Source of the DNA: an uncultured Chthonomonadaceae bacterium
Lineage (GTDB): Bacteria > Armatimonadota > Chthonomonadetes > Chthonomonadales > Chthonomonadaceae
Direction: 5' to 3'
Length of the DNA stretch: 64,000 bases
Assembly (NCBI GenBank): GCA_963817895.1
Contig: CAWFQB010000012.1
Span: 1-64,000, forward strand
Every line of letters starts with the position of its first letter. Within the stretch, counting starts at the first letter, position 1. Under the pieces are notes generated by a model. That model ran no database searches, was not told where the DNA came from, and saw only the letters and a program-made list of their open reading frames with translations. The position numbers and the translations under genes are program-made. Below are positions 35,654 to 46,826 of the stretch, in pieces.

Positions 35654-36780
35654 GAGAACCTCCGGGTGCTTGATTTAATAATCCTATCCAGCAACTCTGC
35701 AAAGGGAATTCCGGCGACGGCGGCGGATTGCGGCAGCAGACTGGTGGGCGTCATGCCCGGAATGGTATTCGTTTCCAGCGCGAACGGGCCGTCCGCAGTG
35801 ACAATGAAATCCGTGCGCGACATGCCCCGGCATCCGAGCAGGTTATGGCACTGCTGCGCCAATTCCTGAACCTGTTGTGTTTGCGACTCGTTCAATCGCG
35901 CCGGGATGATGTGTTCGCTGCCGCCAATCGCGTATTTGCTTTCAAAATCGTAGTGGTCGGATGTGGGCACGATCTCGACAACAGGCAATGCCGTCAGTTC
36001 CTCGCCACAATTTCCCAACACGCCGACTGTGATTTCCATGCCGCGCAGGTATTGCTCGATGAGAATAGTTGTGTCGTACTGAAAAGCGTGACGGACGGCT
36101 TTCCCTAGTTGTTCAGGGGTTTGCGCCAGCGCGCCGCCAACGGTAGAGCCTTCCCGATTGGGCTTGACGAACACGGGAAACCCGCCAATCTGCGCCTGTA
36201 TCCGCGCAATCAAAGTATCCGCATCCGTCGGCAGTTGTGACAGCAGTATCTCGCTGGCAACCGGGATATTCGCGCCTCGGAACAGCCGCTTGGTCATGGC
36301 CTTATCCATCGCCAAAGCGCTTGCCAGTATACCCGAACCGGTATAGGGTATCCCCAATACTTCCAGCATCCCCTGAACCGCCCCATCTTCGCCGCCTCGC
36401 CCGTGCAACGCGATAAATACGAGGTCAGGAGGGTGATTGGTGGTTGGTGGTTGGTGGTTGGTGGCTGGTTCGAAAACGTTATCCGTAGGGACGCAATTTA
36501 TTGCGCCCGTATTGTTGTTCACGTCCGCGATGTTGTTAGATGCGGGCGCAATAAATTGCGCCCCTACGGGTTGGCTGCTTTGCAGTTGCAACAAATCCCG
36601 CGTGTCAATGGCGACAACATCGTATTTGGTTGGATCAAGGCCGCTGACAATTTGACGGCCTGTATTCAGGGAGATTTCGCGTTCGCTGGATGTGCCGCCC
36701 ATGAGAACGGCAACCCGGAGTTTGCGTTCGGCTGAAATTACAACAGTATGTATCGCGGCGTTGTTGGGTAGCGAGGCCAT
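35650..36780 (-). CDS. ddl: D-alanine--D-alanine ligase with an in-frame repeat insertion
   Basis: VAVLMGGTSSEREISL, ALHGRGGEDG, MDKAMTK, VKP, YDFESKY, ETNTIPGMT. Confidence 0.97.
   Translation of the reverse strand: MASLPNNAAIHTVVISAERKLRVAVLMGGTSSEREISLNTGRQIVSGLDPTKYDVVAIDTRDLLQLQSSQPVGAQFIAPASNNIADVNNNTGAINCVPTDNVFEPATNHQPPTTNHPPDLVFIALHGRGGEDGAVQGMLEVLGIPYTGSGILASALAMDKAMTKRLFRGANIPVASEILLSQLPTDADTLIARIQAQIGGFPVFVKPNREGSTVGGALAQTPEQLGKAVRHAFQYDTTILIEQYLRGMEITVGVLGNCGEELTALPVVEIVPTSDHYDFESKYAIGGSEHIIPARLNESQTQQVQELAQQCHNLLGCRGMSRTDFIVTADGPFALETNTIPGMTPTSLLPQSAAVAGIPFAELLDRIIKSSTRRFS
36438..36569. repeat. Intragenic GTAG-type REP doublet plus (TTGGTGG)n tract
   Basis: CCGTAGGGACGCAATTTATTGCGCCC ... 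GGGCGCAATAAATTGCGCCCCTACGG at 36483-36569; heptamer tract at 36438-36470. Confidence 0.9.
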
Positions 36781-38297
36781 CAGGAATTTATCTCCGAAAC
36801 AGAATTCAGCAGAGCGAGAAACCGTTCGCCCTGTTCGCGTATGTCGCCCGCGCCCATAAACACGCACACGTCGCCGGGGCGCGCCAGATACCGCAACATT
36901 GCAGGAATGGATTGTTTATCCGGCGTGAATGTAGACGGCAGGTTCGGGTTTTGCGCAATGGCCTTAAACACAATATCTTTTGCGTCAACGCCGGCAATGG
37001 GCTGTTCGCGGGCGGCGTAAATGCCGGTGACGAACAACGCATCCGCCTGCGCAAGCGCGTCGGCAAAACCGTCCATAAAGTCGCGCGTTCGGCTGTACAA
37101 ATGTGGCTGAAAGATGGCGACCAGACGGCGATTCGGATATGCGCCGCGCAGGGCGTCCAATGTGGCGCGTATTTCCGTGGGATGATGCGCGTAATCGTCC
37201 ATAACCAGTACGGTTTCTGCATCCTCTACGTTCAGTTTGCCTTCGCCAAGCACATCCTGCCGCCGAGTCGCGCCCCGAAACTGTGCCAAGCCTTCAACAA
37301 CAAGTTGTTTTGGCACTCTCAACAACCGGCCCACAATAGCCGCAGCAAACGCATTTTCAAGATTATGCTTTCCGGGCACAGAAAGGGTATAGCATGTATC
37401 GTATTCCGAGTCTGAGTCAGCCCATACAAAAGAAGGACGCGCGCCTGTAGAAAACGATCTGGCATGCATGTTGGCTTCGGGATGTTCCAGCCCATAAGGG
37501 ATCAAGGTAGCCGTAAAAGGTGGCTTCACAGTTCGATACCCGCGCATACGGCGAATGCCTTCATTATCCCAATTGGCAACAATGATGCCGCCGGGTTCTC
37601 CATCTTGACTGCCCGCCGGTACATTGCGGGCAAATTCACGAAACGCTTCAAAAACCCGCTCTTCGGTTCCATAGTGGTCTAAGTGGTCGGCTTCAATGTT
37701 GGTGATTACGGCGATGTCAGGTTTGAGATACAGGAACGAATCGTAGGCTTCGCAGGCTTCGGCGACGAATGGCCCGTCAGGACTGCCGACGCGCACATTG
37801 CCGCCCAATTCCGGCACTTCGCCGCCGACAAAAACGGTCGGGTCCAGTCCCGCGTGTTGCAGCATCACGCCGATCATGCCGGTTGTCGTGGTTTTGCCGT
37901 GCGTACCCGCAACCGCGATTTTCGTCCCCTTATGCGCCGCCATCAACTGCCCCAAAAATTCCGCCCGCGACACAACCGGAATATTCCGCTCGCGCGCCGC
38001 GCGAACTTCCGGGTTGGTATCCCCAACGGCTGCCGACGCGACAACGAGATCAACATCATCCGCCAGATTTTCCGGCTTGTGCGCGGTATACAGTTTCGCG
38101 CCACCTGCCGCAAGCCGCGCCACAGCGGGATTCAGCGCGGGATCGGCGTTCGGGTCGGAACCGGACACCTGAATCCCCCGCGCCTGCGCCAGTTGCGCGA
38201 GGGCGCTGACCCCAATTCCCGCAATTCCTAAAAAATGTATGTGTTGTGACGTTGTCTGCAAAACGATGTTCCGATACTCTACTTTGTCTTGAACCAT
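36780..38297 (-). CDS. murC: UDP-N-acetylmuramate--L-alanine ligase
   Basis: HFLGIAGIGVS, AGTHGKTTTT, EACE, NIEADHLD, DDYAHHPTE, FQPHLYSRT, MGAGD. Confidence 0.97.
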   Translation of the reverse strand: MVQDKVEYRNIVLQTTSQHIHFLGIAGIGVSALAQLAQARGIQVSGSDPNADPALNPAVARLAAGGAKLYTAHKPENLADDVDLVVASAAVGDTNPEVRAARERNIPVVSRAEFLGQLMAAHKGTKIAVAGTHGKTTTTGMIGVMLQHAGLDPTVFVGGEVPELGGNVRVGSPDGPFVAEACEAYDSFLYLKPDIAVITNIEADHLDHYGTEERVFEAFREFARNVPAGSQDGEPGGIIVANWDNEGIRRMRGYRTVKPPFTATLIPYGLEHPEANMHARSFSTGARPSFVWADSDSEYDTCYTLSVPGKHNLENAFAAAIVGRLLRVPKQLVVEGLAQFRGATRRQDVLGEGKLNVEDAETVLVMDDYAHHPTEIRATLDALRGAYPNRRLVAIFQPHLYSRTRDFMDGFADALAQADALFVTGIYAAREQPIAGVDAKDIVFKAIAQNPNLPSTFTPDKQSIPAMLRYLARPGDVCVFMGAGDIREQGERFLALLNSVSEINS

Positions 38298-38434
38298 GAT
38301 TGGGCATGATTTAGATGATTAACATGATGCACTGTCTTGAACGTTGATTTACCTGATTAGAGCAAAATCCCAATGATGCGCCTCCTCAATCATGGTAATC
38401 ATCCTAAATCATGCCTAATCATGGTTCAAGACAA
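38284..38434. repeat. Family D inverted-repeat element
   Basis: TTGTCTTGAACCATGATT ... AATCATGGTTCAAGACAA. Confidence 0.9.
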
Positions 38435-40193
38435 TCAGGGCCGCTCATAAATAACCAATCTCGACGGTATACCGCTCGGTTCCCGGCTGCGATACACAAT
38501 CGGCCATGTCGCCAGTAATTTCCTTACGTCCTCATCTATGTTCGGGTTGCCGTCAAAAGTGCTGTTGACGACCGCAAAGCGTATATCACCTTTTGCCATG
38601 CGCTGCAATCCGTTTTGTCGGGTTCGACCCTGCGGCAGTTCGGCTATTTGCGTTTCCCGTATCGGCAGTTGTTCGCCAACCATCAGATACCAGCGCGGCA
38701 CGACAACCGGCTGCGGCCCAATCACCAGCCGATCTCCCGCTTGCCACTTTTGCGCCAGAAACCGGGCCGCGTCCGGCCAGCGCGAGGTTTGCGCCTCCTC
38801 GTCCGTGATGCGCAATTCCGGGCGAACCTGCCAACGCGCCAGATACGCGCACACGCCGAACATCAGGACAGGAACGAGTACGGGAACAAGCGCATGTCGC
38901 GTTAAGATTGCGCTATTGCGCGCGTTCCGCTTTGCGGTTTTGGATACGTTCTCCAAACTGCGCCAGTTCATAAAAGCAGAAGCCTGTCAGCAGCGTCAGC
39001 GGGGGCAGACAGTGCGCCATGTACTGCGGGCCGAACTCTACCGTAAGATGCGCAACCGCTGTTTCCACAGCCGTAATCACCAGCAAAACGCCCGCGCCGC
39101 GTGAAAGCCGCCGCTTCCCAATCTGCCACAAGACCACGCAACTCCCCAACACATACAGGACAAAATAGGGCTTGTAATCGTGCGAGAACCAGTACAAAAA
39201 CGCCCACTTCGGAATCGGATTGCGCGATACGCCGCCCACAACAGCGGAAATCGTGTTGGCAGGCAAATGCGCGTAGTGCTGAATGTTGCGCCACGCCCCT
39301 CCGAATAATCCTGCCGGCCATAGCAGTAAAACGACAACTAAGAACACCAGACTACCTGCAATGAGTGCCTTGATACGCCATTGTAAGGTTAAGCGTCCGT
39401 GCAATAAATTGCGCGGCTGTGATAACGAAGCCCGCCTTCGCGGACTGAAGGCGTTAGCGTCGTTATCGGTATCATCGGCTTGTTCTATCCTGTCAAATAA
39501 GAACGGCAGGCTTAACAGAACGGCCAACAGAATGGGAAAGAAACTCTCCGTTGTACAGAACAGCCAGCCCAATACGCCGCATGTCCCAATCAGCCAACCC
39601 TTCTGCGCCGTATGGATATATTGCAGTAACGTCCACAAAACCGCCATGATGCCGAGCGAGATTTCCGCCCACGGAATGGCATGGGACGAGGCGCGGATTT
39701 GCAGCGGCGTGACCAGAACAATCACGGCACAGGCCAAACTCACATCTCTACGCCCGCCAAATAGGCGCAACCCGCACAGATATACCAGACACACAACGAG
39801 CGAACCCGCAATGACAAACGGCGTCCGCGATGTCTGCTCATCCTTGCCCCATGTCTGCGCGGAACGCAGCAGGTACGCCGTCATAGGCGGGTGAAAATGC
39901 CGCAGTCGAACCAATCGCAGCGGCTCACTTGCCACGTCCGAGCGATCCCAACGCTGATCGGCAACGGAATGTGTGCTTGCCAGCGCATATTCCGCCTCAT
40001 CCTGCCACAAATCGCCCCGCGTATGCCCCATCCGAACCGCAAACGCGCCCACAAATAGCAGCACAACAATGAGAACATTCAGCCACCAATGCCGAGAAGA
40101 ACGCATTGTTCTGTTTGCATCGTCCACTGTTGCCGATGTGTCTGCTTCCGCTGCGATTGCTTCTTCCGTATATTCGCGTTCATTCGCGTTCAT
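38435..40193 (-). CDS. GT-C fold (ArnT/PMT-like) membrane glycosyltransferase, frameshift near 38950-38975
   Basis: LWQDEAEY, FHPPM, multiple TMs, extracytoplasmic C-terminal domain. Confidence 0.75.
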
Positions 40194-40215
40194 TCGCGGC
40201 TACTTCCGAGTTCTG

Positions 40216-41334
40216 CTACTTCCGAATCAATCGAAACACTTCCTGCGCCACCAGATCGGCGGCCTGCGGGCGGGCTAATTGCAGCATCGCGCCCCGCATC
40301 TTGTCCCGGCGAGCAGCGTCGTCGCGCAGGGCGAGCAGGTCTGCAATTAAGTTCGACGCGGACAACTGGTTTTCCGCGCGCAGCAATCCCGCGCCCGCTG
40401 TTTCCAGTACCAGCGCATTGAACGTCTGATGATCCGCATACGCAGTCGGCAGGGGAACCACAATCGCGGGCAGGCCGTTGACCATCGCTTCCGACAGCGT
40501 TGAAATGCCGCCTCGGCACACCAGCACATCGGCGGCGCGAAGAGCAAGCGGAACCTGCGCCTCGTCTAAAAATGCCGTCGCCAGATAGCCCTGCCGCCCC
40601 CAAATCTGTTTCGCCTGCGCTGCTTCCCGTACCTGCTCTAAATTCTTCGCGCCCGTTTGATGCAAAATCTGTACGCCCGCTTTCAGCAGTTGCGGCGCGG
40701 CTTCCAGTACGATAGTATTAACCGCCCGCGCGCCCTGACTGCCGCCAATCACTACAACCGTAAACGCATCCGGGTTGAGATGGTCAAAGGCGGTTCGCGC
40801 CTGTTCGGGCGTAACATCTAAGGGCGCGACAACGCCTTCCCGCAATGGCAGTCCCGTCAGCACCGTTTTTGCGGCTGGAAAACTGGCCCGCGTCGCCTCG
40901 AACGCGATGCAGATACGACTCGCGTACCGCGCCAGCATCTTATTCGTGCGCCCTGGAACCACGTCCGGCGCGACAATCACGGTCGGCAATCCCAACTTCG
41001 CGCCCGCCAGAACCGCTCCCGCCGCCACATAACCCCCCGTGCCGACAACCGCTTCCGCTCCAAATGTTCGCAGATGTCCCCGCGCTTCCCGATACCCTTT
41101 CCACAACGAGAGCATCACGCCAATCGTAGACGGCGACAACACCTTCCGCAGCTTCTTCGCCGTCACTGCCTGAAACCGAACGCCCCGCGCAGGAACTACC
41201 TGGCACTCCATCCCCGACGCGCCGCCGATATACAGCACTTCTGCATCCGGCTGTAGTTTCACGACGCTCTGCGCCACCGCCACCGCGGGAAATATATGCC
41301 CGCCCGACCCCCCGCCACTCACCACCACGCGCAT
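40216..41334 (-). CDS. murG: Lipid II GlcNAc transferase
   Basis: SGGGSGGHIFPA, GTGGYV, GGSQGA, DHQTFNA. Confidence 0.97.
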   Translation of the reverse strand: MRVVVSGGGSGGHIFPAVAVAQSVVKLQPDAEVLYIGGASGMECQVVPARGVRFQAVTAKKLRKVLSPSTIGVMLSLWKGYREARGHLRTFGAEAVVGTGGYVAAGAVLAGAKLGLPTVIVAPDVVPGRTNKMLARYASRICIAFEATRASFPAAKTVLTGLPLREGVVAPLDVTPEQARTAFDHLNPDAFTVVVIGGSQGARAVNTIVLEAAPQLLKAGVQILHQTGAKNLEQVREAAQAKQIWGRQGYLATAFLDEAQVPLALRAADVLVCRGGISTLSEAMVNGLPAIVVPLPTAYADHQTFNALVLETAGAGLLRAENQLSASNLIADLLALRDDAARRDKMRGAMLQLARPQAADLVAQEVFRLIRK

Positions 41335-41354
41335 AATAAACTCCAATGCGAAAT

Positions 41355-41600
41355 TAACCACCCGCTGCGCTAGAGACACAGAGACACAGAGGAAAAGCCA
41401 ATGCGAGAGAAGATAGGAGATACAAGATACGAGATATGAGAGGGAATAACCACAAGCCTACCCTCTGCAAAATAATCCTGTTCCATCCTGAAAATCTTAT
41501 TAATCCTGTCTATTCTCCCCTCGTATCTCGTATCTCCTATCTCGTATCTTCTCTGTATTCCCTCTCTGTGTCTCTGTGTCTCTAGCGCAGCGGGTGGTTA
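41355..41600. repeat. Triple-nested repeat element
   Basis: Outer family A arms, inner (GATACGA)n arms, innermost AATCCTG arm. Confidence 0.92.
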
Positions 41601-42749
41601 TTTCTTCCTCTTCGGCGTAGTTTGCGCGGGTGGGGTCGGGTGCTGGGCGATGTTGAGCAGGATGCCGACGGAGGCCAACAGCAAAATTAGCGAGGACGAG
41701 CCGTTACTGATGAAGGGCAGGGTCACGCCCGTTGCCGGAATGGAACCCGTCGCCGTGCCAATGTTGACAAGCGCCTGCCAGCTTATCAGGGCCGCGATAC
41801 CTGAAGCGAGCAGGGAGCCGAACGGGTCTTTAGTCTGCTGCGCGATCCGAAAGCCGCGCCAGCTGACCGCGCATTGCAGGCCGAGCATGACCAAAGAGCC
41901 GAACAATCCCAATTCTTCGGCATACGTGGCAAAGATAAAGTCGCTGTTGCCCTGCGGCAGAAAATACTTTTCGCGCCCCTGTCCCAACCCCATGCCCGTA
42001 AATCCGCCCGAACCGATGGCGTAGCGCGAATGAACCAACTGGTAGCCGATGCCGCGCGGGTCTTGTTCCGGGTGCAGAAACGTCGTGATGCGCCCGCCCC
42101 GGTGACTGAACCCGGAAACCATCAGCCAAACCGCTACGCCGCACACGCCCAAAATCAGCGCAATATGCCGTTTACGCGCCCCGGCCAGAAACAATTGCGT
42201 CATAAACGCCAGAAACAAAACCGCTGCGGTTCCCAAATCCGGTTCGCGCTCGATCAGCAGCAGATAGACCACAGCGACGGCAAGCAGGGGCCCCAGCCCT
42301 TTTTCGCTCAAATCGCGTTGGTTGCAGTTCGGGCGCGACAGAAAACTGGCCGCATAAATCATCAGCAGCAGTTTGGCGACTTCGGACGGCTGAAACTTGA
42401 TCGGGCCGAATTTCAGCCAGCGCGCGGCGTTATTTTCGTGAACGCCGATATGGGGCGCGTACACGGCAAGCAGCAGCACAATGCCCGCGAACATCAGGCC
42501 AACCGCGTGTTTTTTGAGGTTCCAGTACCCGGCATGCATGAAACAGAACAGGAAGAACAGGCCCAAAACCGCGCCGCCGGCCTGACGCTTTGCGAAAAAG
42601 TAGGCGTCGTGGTTCATCACCGCGCTGTCCAACGCTTTCGGGTAACTGCTGTCGAACACCATCCACAGCCCGATGACGACGAGCGCGAGGGTGACGACGA
42701 ACAGCGGCACATCTACGGGCATACGCAGGCGGGTTTGCTGCCGACTCAT
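41598..42749 (-). CDS. ftsW: FtsW (SEDS) peptidoglycan polymerase
   Basis: ARWL, FQPSEVAK, EPDLGT, LPQGNSDFIF, TGVTLPFISNGSSS. Confidence 0.96.
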   Translation of the reverse strand: MSRQQTRLRMPVDVPLFVVTLALVVIGLWMVFDSSYPKALDSAVMNHDAYFFAKRQAGGAVLGLFFLFCFMHAGYWNLKKHAVGLMFAGIVLLLAVYAPHIGVHENNAARWLKFGPIKFQPSEVAKLLLMIYAASFLSRPNCNQRDLSEKGLGPLLAVAVVYLLLIEREPDLGTAAVLFLAFMTQLFLAGARKRHIALILGVCGVAVWLMVSGFSHRGGRITTFLHPEQDPRGIGYQLVHSRYAIGSGGFTGMGLGQGREKYFLPQGNSDFIFATYAEELGLFGSLVMLGLQCAVSWRGFRIAQQTKDPFGSLLASGIAALISWQALVNIGTATGSIPATGVTLPFISNGSSSLILLLASVGILLNIAQHPTPPAQTTPKRKK

Positions 42750-44252
42750 AGCGCGGCCTCCTCAACGGCTGAATTCGAGTGTTTGGAAGGCGTAAGCGCG
42801 TGTACGGCTTTGCGGAAAGCGACGCCGCGCGCCTCGAAATCGCGAAACATATCGAAACTCGCGCAGGCGGGCAGCAGCAAAACCGCTTCACCGGAACGGG
42901 CGAGAGAACGCGCAAGATCAACGGCGGCTTCCAGTGTGGAAGCGCGGTAAATAGCCGTGTAGCCGCCCGCCCGAAAAGTTGTTTCCATCTTGTCCGCCAC
43001 CTGCCCGATGAGAACAACGGCTCTAGTCTTTTCCAGCAGCGCGGGTACAAGCGGCGCGTACTCCAATTCCTTGTCCGCGCCGCCCATAATGGCAACCGTA
43101 GGACGATCCATCGCGCGCAAACTGCTGTCGGCTGCCGCCACATTGGTACACATGCTGTTGTTGATGTAGCGAATGTTATCTACCTCCGCAACAAACTCCA
43201 TGCGGTGCGCCACGCCGGGAAACGTCCGAATCGCGTTTGCAATTACTTCAGGCGGCACACCAAGCGCCCGAGTCGCCGCACTGGCAGCGAGTACGTTGTC
43301 TATGCTATGTGCGCCGGGAAGCGTCAGCGGAAGTTCTGAAACCGGAAGGATGGCAATCGGACCGTCCTCGCCCATCTGAATAGAGCCTTTTTTACCCAGA
43401 CGAACGGTAATCATACTATCCTGCACCCACGCGCACATGCCGCCATCCGGGGGCAAACCTCGTTGCGTGAACCAAATACGGTTAGAATGTGTCAGATCCA
43501 GGCCGATGCTGCGCGACGCAGGATCATCGTAGTTGACAACTGCCCAATCAGATTCTGTGTTGGTTGCAAAAAAGCCGCGCTTTGGTTTGTGCATAATCCT
43601 CAAACGAGGAATGGCGATTTAGATGGTCAGGCGTGATATTCGTCAAAATAGCCACATGAGGCCGGAAACGTTCTATCCATTCCAATTGAAAACTACTGAT
43701 TTCCGCGACAATAATCGGGGTACGCAGGATGTTTTGTGCCTTCTCATACAAGCGTAGTTGTTCGGCTTCCCAAGTGGCTTCGACAAGCGTTCGCTTGATC
43801 TCATCCGCGCTGATATTGCCGGCTACAAAGGGTCTTCGGCTAGATGTTTCCAGAATGTGGGCCACAAGTAAGGTCGTTGTGGTTTTGCCATTGGTTCCTG
43901 TGACAGCGATGAGATATGGTGGACTTGTCACACGAAATGCGAGTTCGATTTCCGACCAGATAGGGATACCGCGCTGTACGGCGGCTTGCAGAACGGGTGC
44001 GGTTTTGGGTACGCCGGGACTGGTGACAACGAGTTCGGTTTCGGGCGGCAGGGCAGAATCGGTATCGGCCCCCAACACAAACGGCACATTCAGTTCTTCC
44101 AGTTGCGCGACGCGATCTGTTCCCAACTGCTGCGCCGTTTTGCTGTCGGACAGCAGCGCGTTCGCGCCCAGACGCGCCAGAACCCGTGCCGCCTCCATGC
44201 CGCTATGCGCCGCCCCGATTACGCTGATGTGTTTGTTGGTAAAGTCTTTCAT
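42746..44252 (-). CDS. murD: UDP-MurNAc-L-Ala--D-Glu ligase, frameshift near 43570-43600
   Basis: VTSPGVP, TGTNGKTTTT, EISSFQL, PDHLNRH, HRMEFV, PACASFDMF. Confidence 0.95.
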
Positions 44253-44359
44253 GTTATAGAGGAGAAGCCCTCAACCCCTAACCCCTTCTCCCAAAAAAGC
44301 CTGGGAGAAGGGGAACTGTAGGTATTATTTGCGTTCATTCGCGTTTATTCGCGGCTAAT

Positions 44360-45409
44360 CTATCCTCGTCCCCATAGCAGCGCGAGTGCCGCGCAGACTG
44401 CGCCCGCCAGCCAGAAGCGAATCACAACCTGCGTTTCAGGAACCTCCAATTCCTCAAAATGGTGGTGCAGGGGCGTTCGGCGGAAAACGCGGTGCGATTT
44501 GGCGTACTCTAATCCGTGTTTGCGACGTCGCAGCTTGAACACGCTTACCTGAATCATCACGGAAATTAGTTCGGCCCAACAGACGAGGGACGCGATAATC
44601 AGCGCCACTTCCTGATGACCGAGCATGGCCGCGCCCGCCAGTCCCGCACCGAGGGCAAGGGAAGCCGTATCGCCCATAAACACGCGGGCGGGATGCGCGT
44701 TCCACCACAAAAAGCCGCACAACGCGCCCGCAAGCGCCACGCAAAAGAAGCCGAGCGCGGGCTGAACCGTCCACACAAGCGCGGCAAGGGCGAGAGAGAT
44801 CAGAATGGTCACGCCGCTGGAAAGACCGTCAAGCCCGTCCGTGAAATTGGTGGCGTTGGACAGGCCGACAAGAAACAGCAGGGCCAATGGATAGTACAGC
44901 CACCCGAGCGTAACCGGAAACGGCGCGATGCCCAATGCGTTTGTCACCTGATCCGGCAGGATATGCGCGACGGTTTGTACGCCGTTCGGAGTCGCGTAGC
45001 GCATCCAGACAAGAAACACAATCCCGACGACCCACTGCGCGGCAAACTTTTCGCGCGCCCGCAGTCCGAGGTTTTTGCCCCGTTTCAGGCTGAGATAATC
45101 GTCCAGAGTTCCAATGCCGCCAAAGGCGAGCGTCATCAGCAACAGCGGCAGCAACGTGAAATCCTGATCGGGGTGACGGTGCGCCCCGAACTGCGTTAAA
45201 ACGATGTAGGGCAGGGTGACAGCCGTTAAAGCGAACAGAATCAGGACGCCGCCCATGGTGGGCGTACCCTGCTTTTTGCCGTGCGTGGTGGGCGCGTCGC
45301 TGCTGACGTTCTGCGTGGCTTTCAACTGCTGCAAACGCCCGATGACCCATTTGCCGGGAAGCGCGGCCAGCAGAAACGCGAACACAAAGCCGAGCGCGAG
45401 GTTAAGCAT
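44360..45409 (-). CDS. mraY: Phospho-MurNAc-pentapeptide transferase
   Basis: KQGTPTMGG, LDDY, SNATNFTDGLDGL, PARVFMGDT, PLHHHFE. Confidence 0.98.
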   Translation of the reverse strand: MLNLALGFVFAFLLAALPGKWVIGRLQQLKATQNVSSDAPTTHGKKQGTPTMGGVLILFALTAVTLPYIVLTQFGAHRHPDQDFTLLPLLLMTLAFGGIGTLDDYLSLKRGKNLGLRAREKFAAQWVVGIVFLVWMRYATPNGVQTVAHILPDQVTNALGIAPFPVTLGWLYYPLALLFLVGLSNATNFTDGLDGLSSGVTILISLALAALVWTVQPALGFFCVALAGALCGFLWWNAHPARVFMGDTASLALGAGLAGAAMLGHQEVALIIASLVCWAELISVMIQVSVFKLRRRKHGLEYAKSHRVFRRTPLHHHFEELEVPETQVVIRFWLAGAVCAALALLWGRG

Positions 45410-46826
45410 GGGCGTTGCTATCCGTTTCGCCAGTCAGCGCGTTGACAATCACTTCCATCCCCATCGCCCGCGACCCTTTCACCAGAACCGTATCTCCCGG
45501 CTGTACCAATTCTTTGATATGCTCCGCCGCTTCCTGTGCGTCGTGAAAGCGGACGGCAGGACGTTCTGCGGCGGACAACCCACCCTGATCCGCCTCTTCT
45601 GCAATCCACGCGGCCATTTCCCCGACAGTTACGAGCAGGCGAACACTATAATGAAACGCGATATCATGACCTACTTTTTCATGCGCAATAGACGATTCCC
45701 CGCCCAGTTCACGCATGTCGCCTAATACGGCAACACGCTGACTGCTCATCTGCTTCAGCGTGTTCAGGGCGCTGGACATGCTTTCTGGACTGGCATTATA
45801 GCAGTCGTCTAAAACTGTAATGTCGTTTGGCGCATGGCGTACCATCATGCGGCCTTCCGCTCCCTGCCACTGCGAAAGGGCTTTGGCGGCTTTATCGGTG
45901 GGAACATTCAGCGCGTATCCAACGGCAAGGGCAGGAGAGCATTAGATACCACATGGAAGCCAACGGCCTGCAACTGAATGGATAAAACTTTCTTTGCGCT
46001 GCCAATGCGAACGCGAAACGCCGCCGCTCCCTCCGTATTGACCACAACGCTATTGGGCATAAGTTTTATTTCCGCGTCTCGAACCGGGTCGCCGGTTTGA
46101 ATAAGGCGGGAGCCGGGTGGTCGGGCGGGTTTTATAATCTGCGGAAAGAGAATGTTGCGCGGCATAATCGCAATCCGCTTTCTGAGGCAGACGCGCAAAC
46201 AGTTCCGCTTTTGCCCGCGCAATATTCTGAATGGAACCCAGCAGTTCCACATGCGCAGAGCCGATATTGGTAATCACGCCGATTGTGGGTTCGGCGATTT
46301 CGGCAAGGTAATCAATCTGCCCCAAACCCGCGCATTCCCATTTCCACAACCGCCACCTCGTGCGTTTTGTTCAAGTTGAAAAGGGTGAGCGGAACGCCGA
46401 TTTCGTTGTTATAGTTTTTCTCGTTCGCCAGCGTGTTGTAGGTGGTTCGCAAAACGGCGGCAATCATTTCTTTGGTGGAGGTCTTACCTACGCTGCCGGT
46501 TACGCCGATAATGGGAATCGCGAACTGTCGGCGATAGCGCTGTGCCAGATCGCCGAGGGCGCGCAACGCAGCCGGAACTACGACTTGCGCGCCCCATCCT
46601 CTGTAATGCCTTCCATTTCGCGCTCGACAACGGCAATTGCGCCCGCCCTTAGCGCCTGCGCCACAAACGCATGGCCGTCCGAGTGTTCGCCCTTCAACGC
46701 AAAGAACAACGCGCCCGGTTTGGCCTGCCGCGAGTCAATGCAGACGCTCGTAATTTCGCCTGTAGCGTCGCCAACGATACGCCCGTTCATACCCTCCGCA
46801 GCCCATTGTAAGGTAAAGGGTTCCAT
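45402..46826 (-). CDS. murF: UDP-MurNAc-tripeptide--D-Ala-D-Ala ligase, several frameshifts
   Basis: IDSR..DGHAF, TGSVGKTSTKE, NNEIGVP, EMGM, ITNIGSAH, DCYNASPES, LGDMRELG, KGSR. Confidence 0.93.

Noticed and set aside
45402..46826. murF pseudogene or programmed frameshifting
   Set aside because: Essential gene in an intact cluster, several shifts, no consistent slippery motif; sequencing error is simpler.
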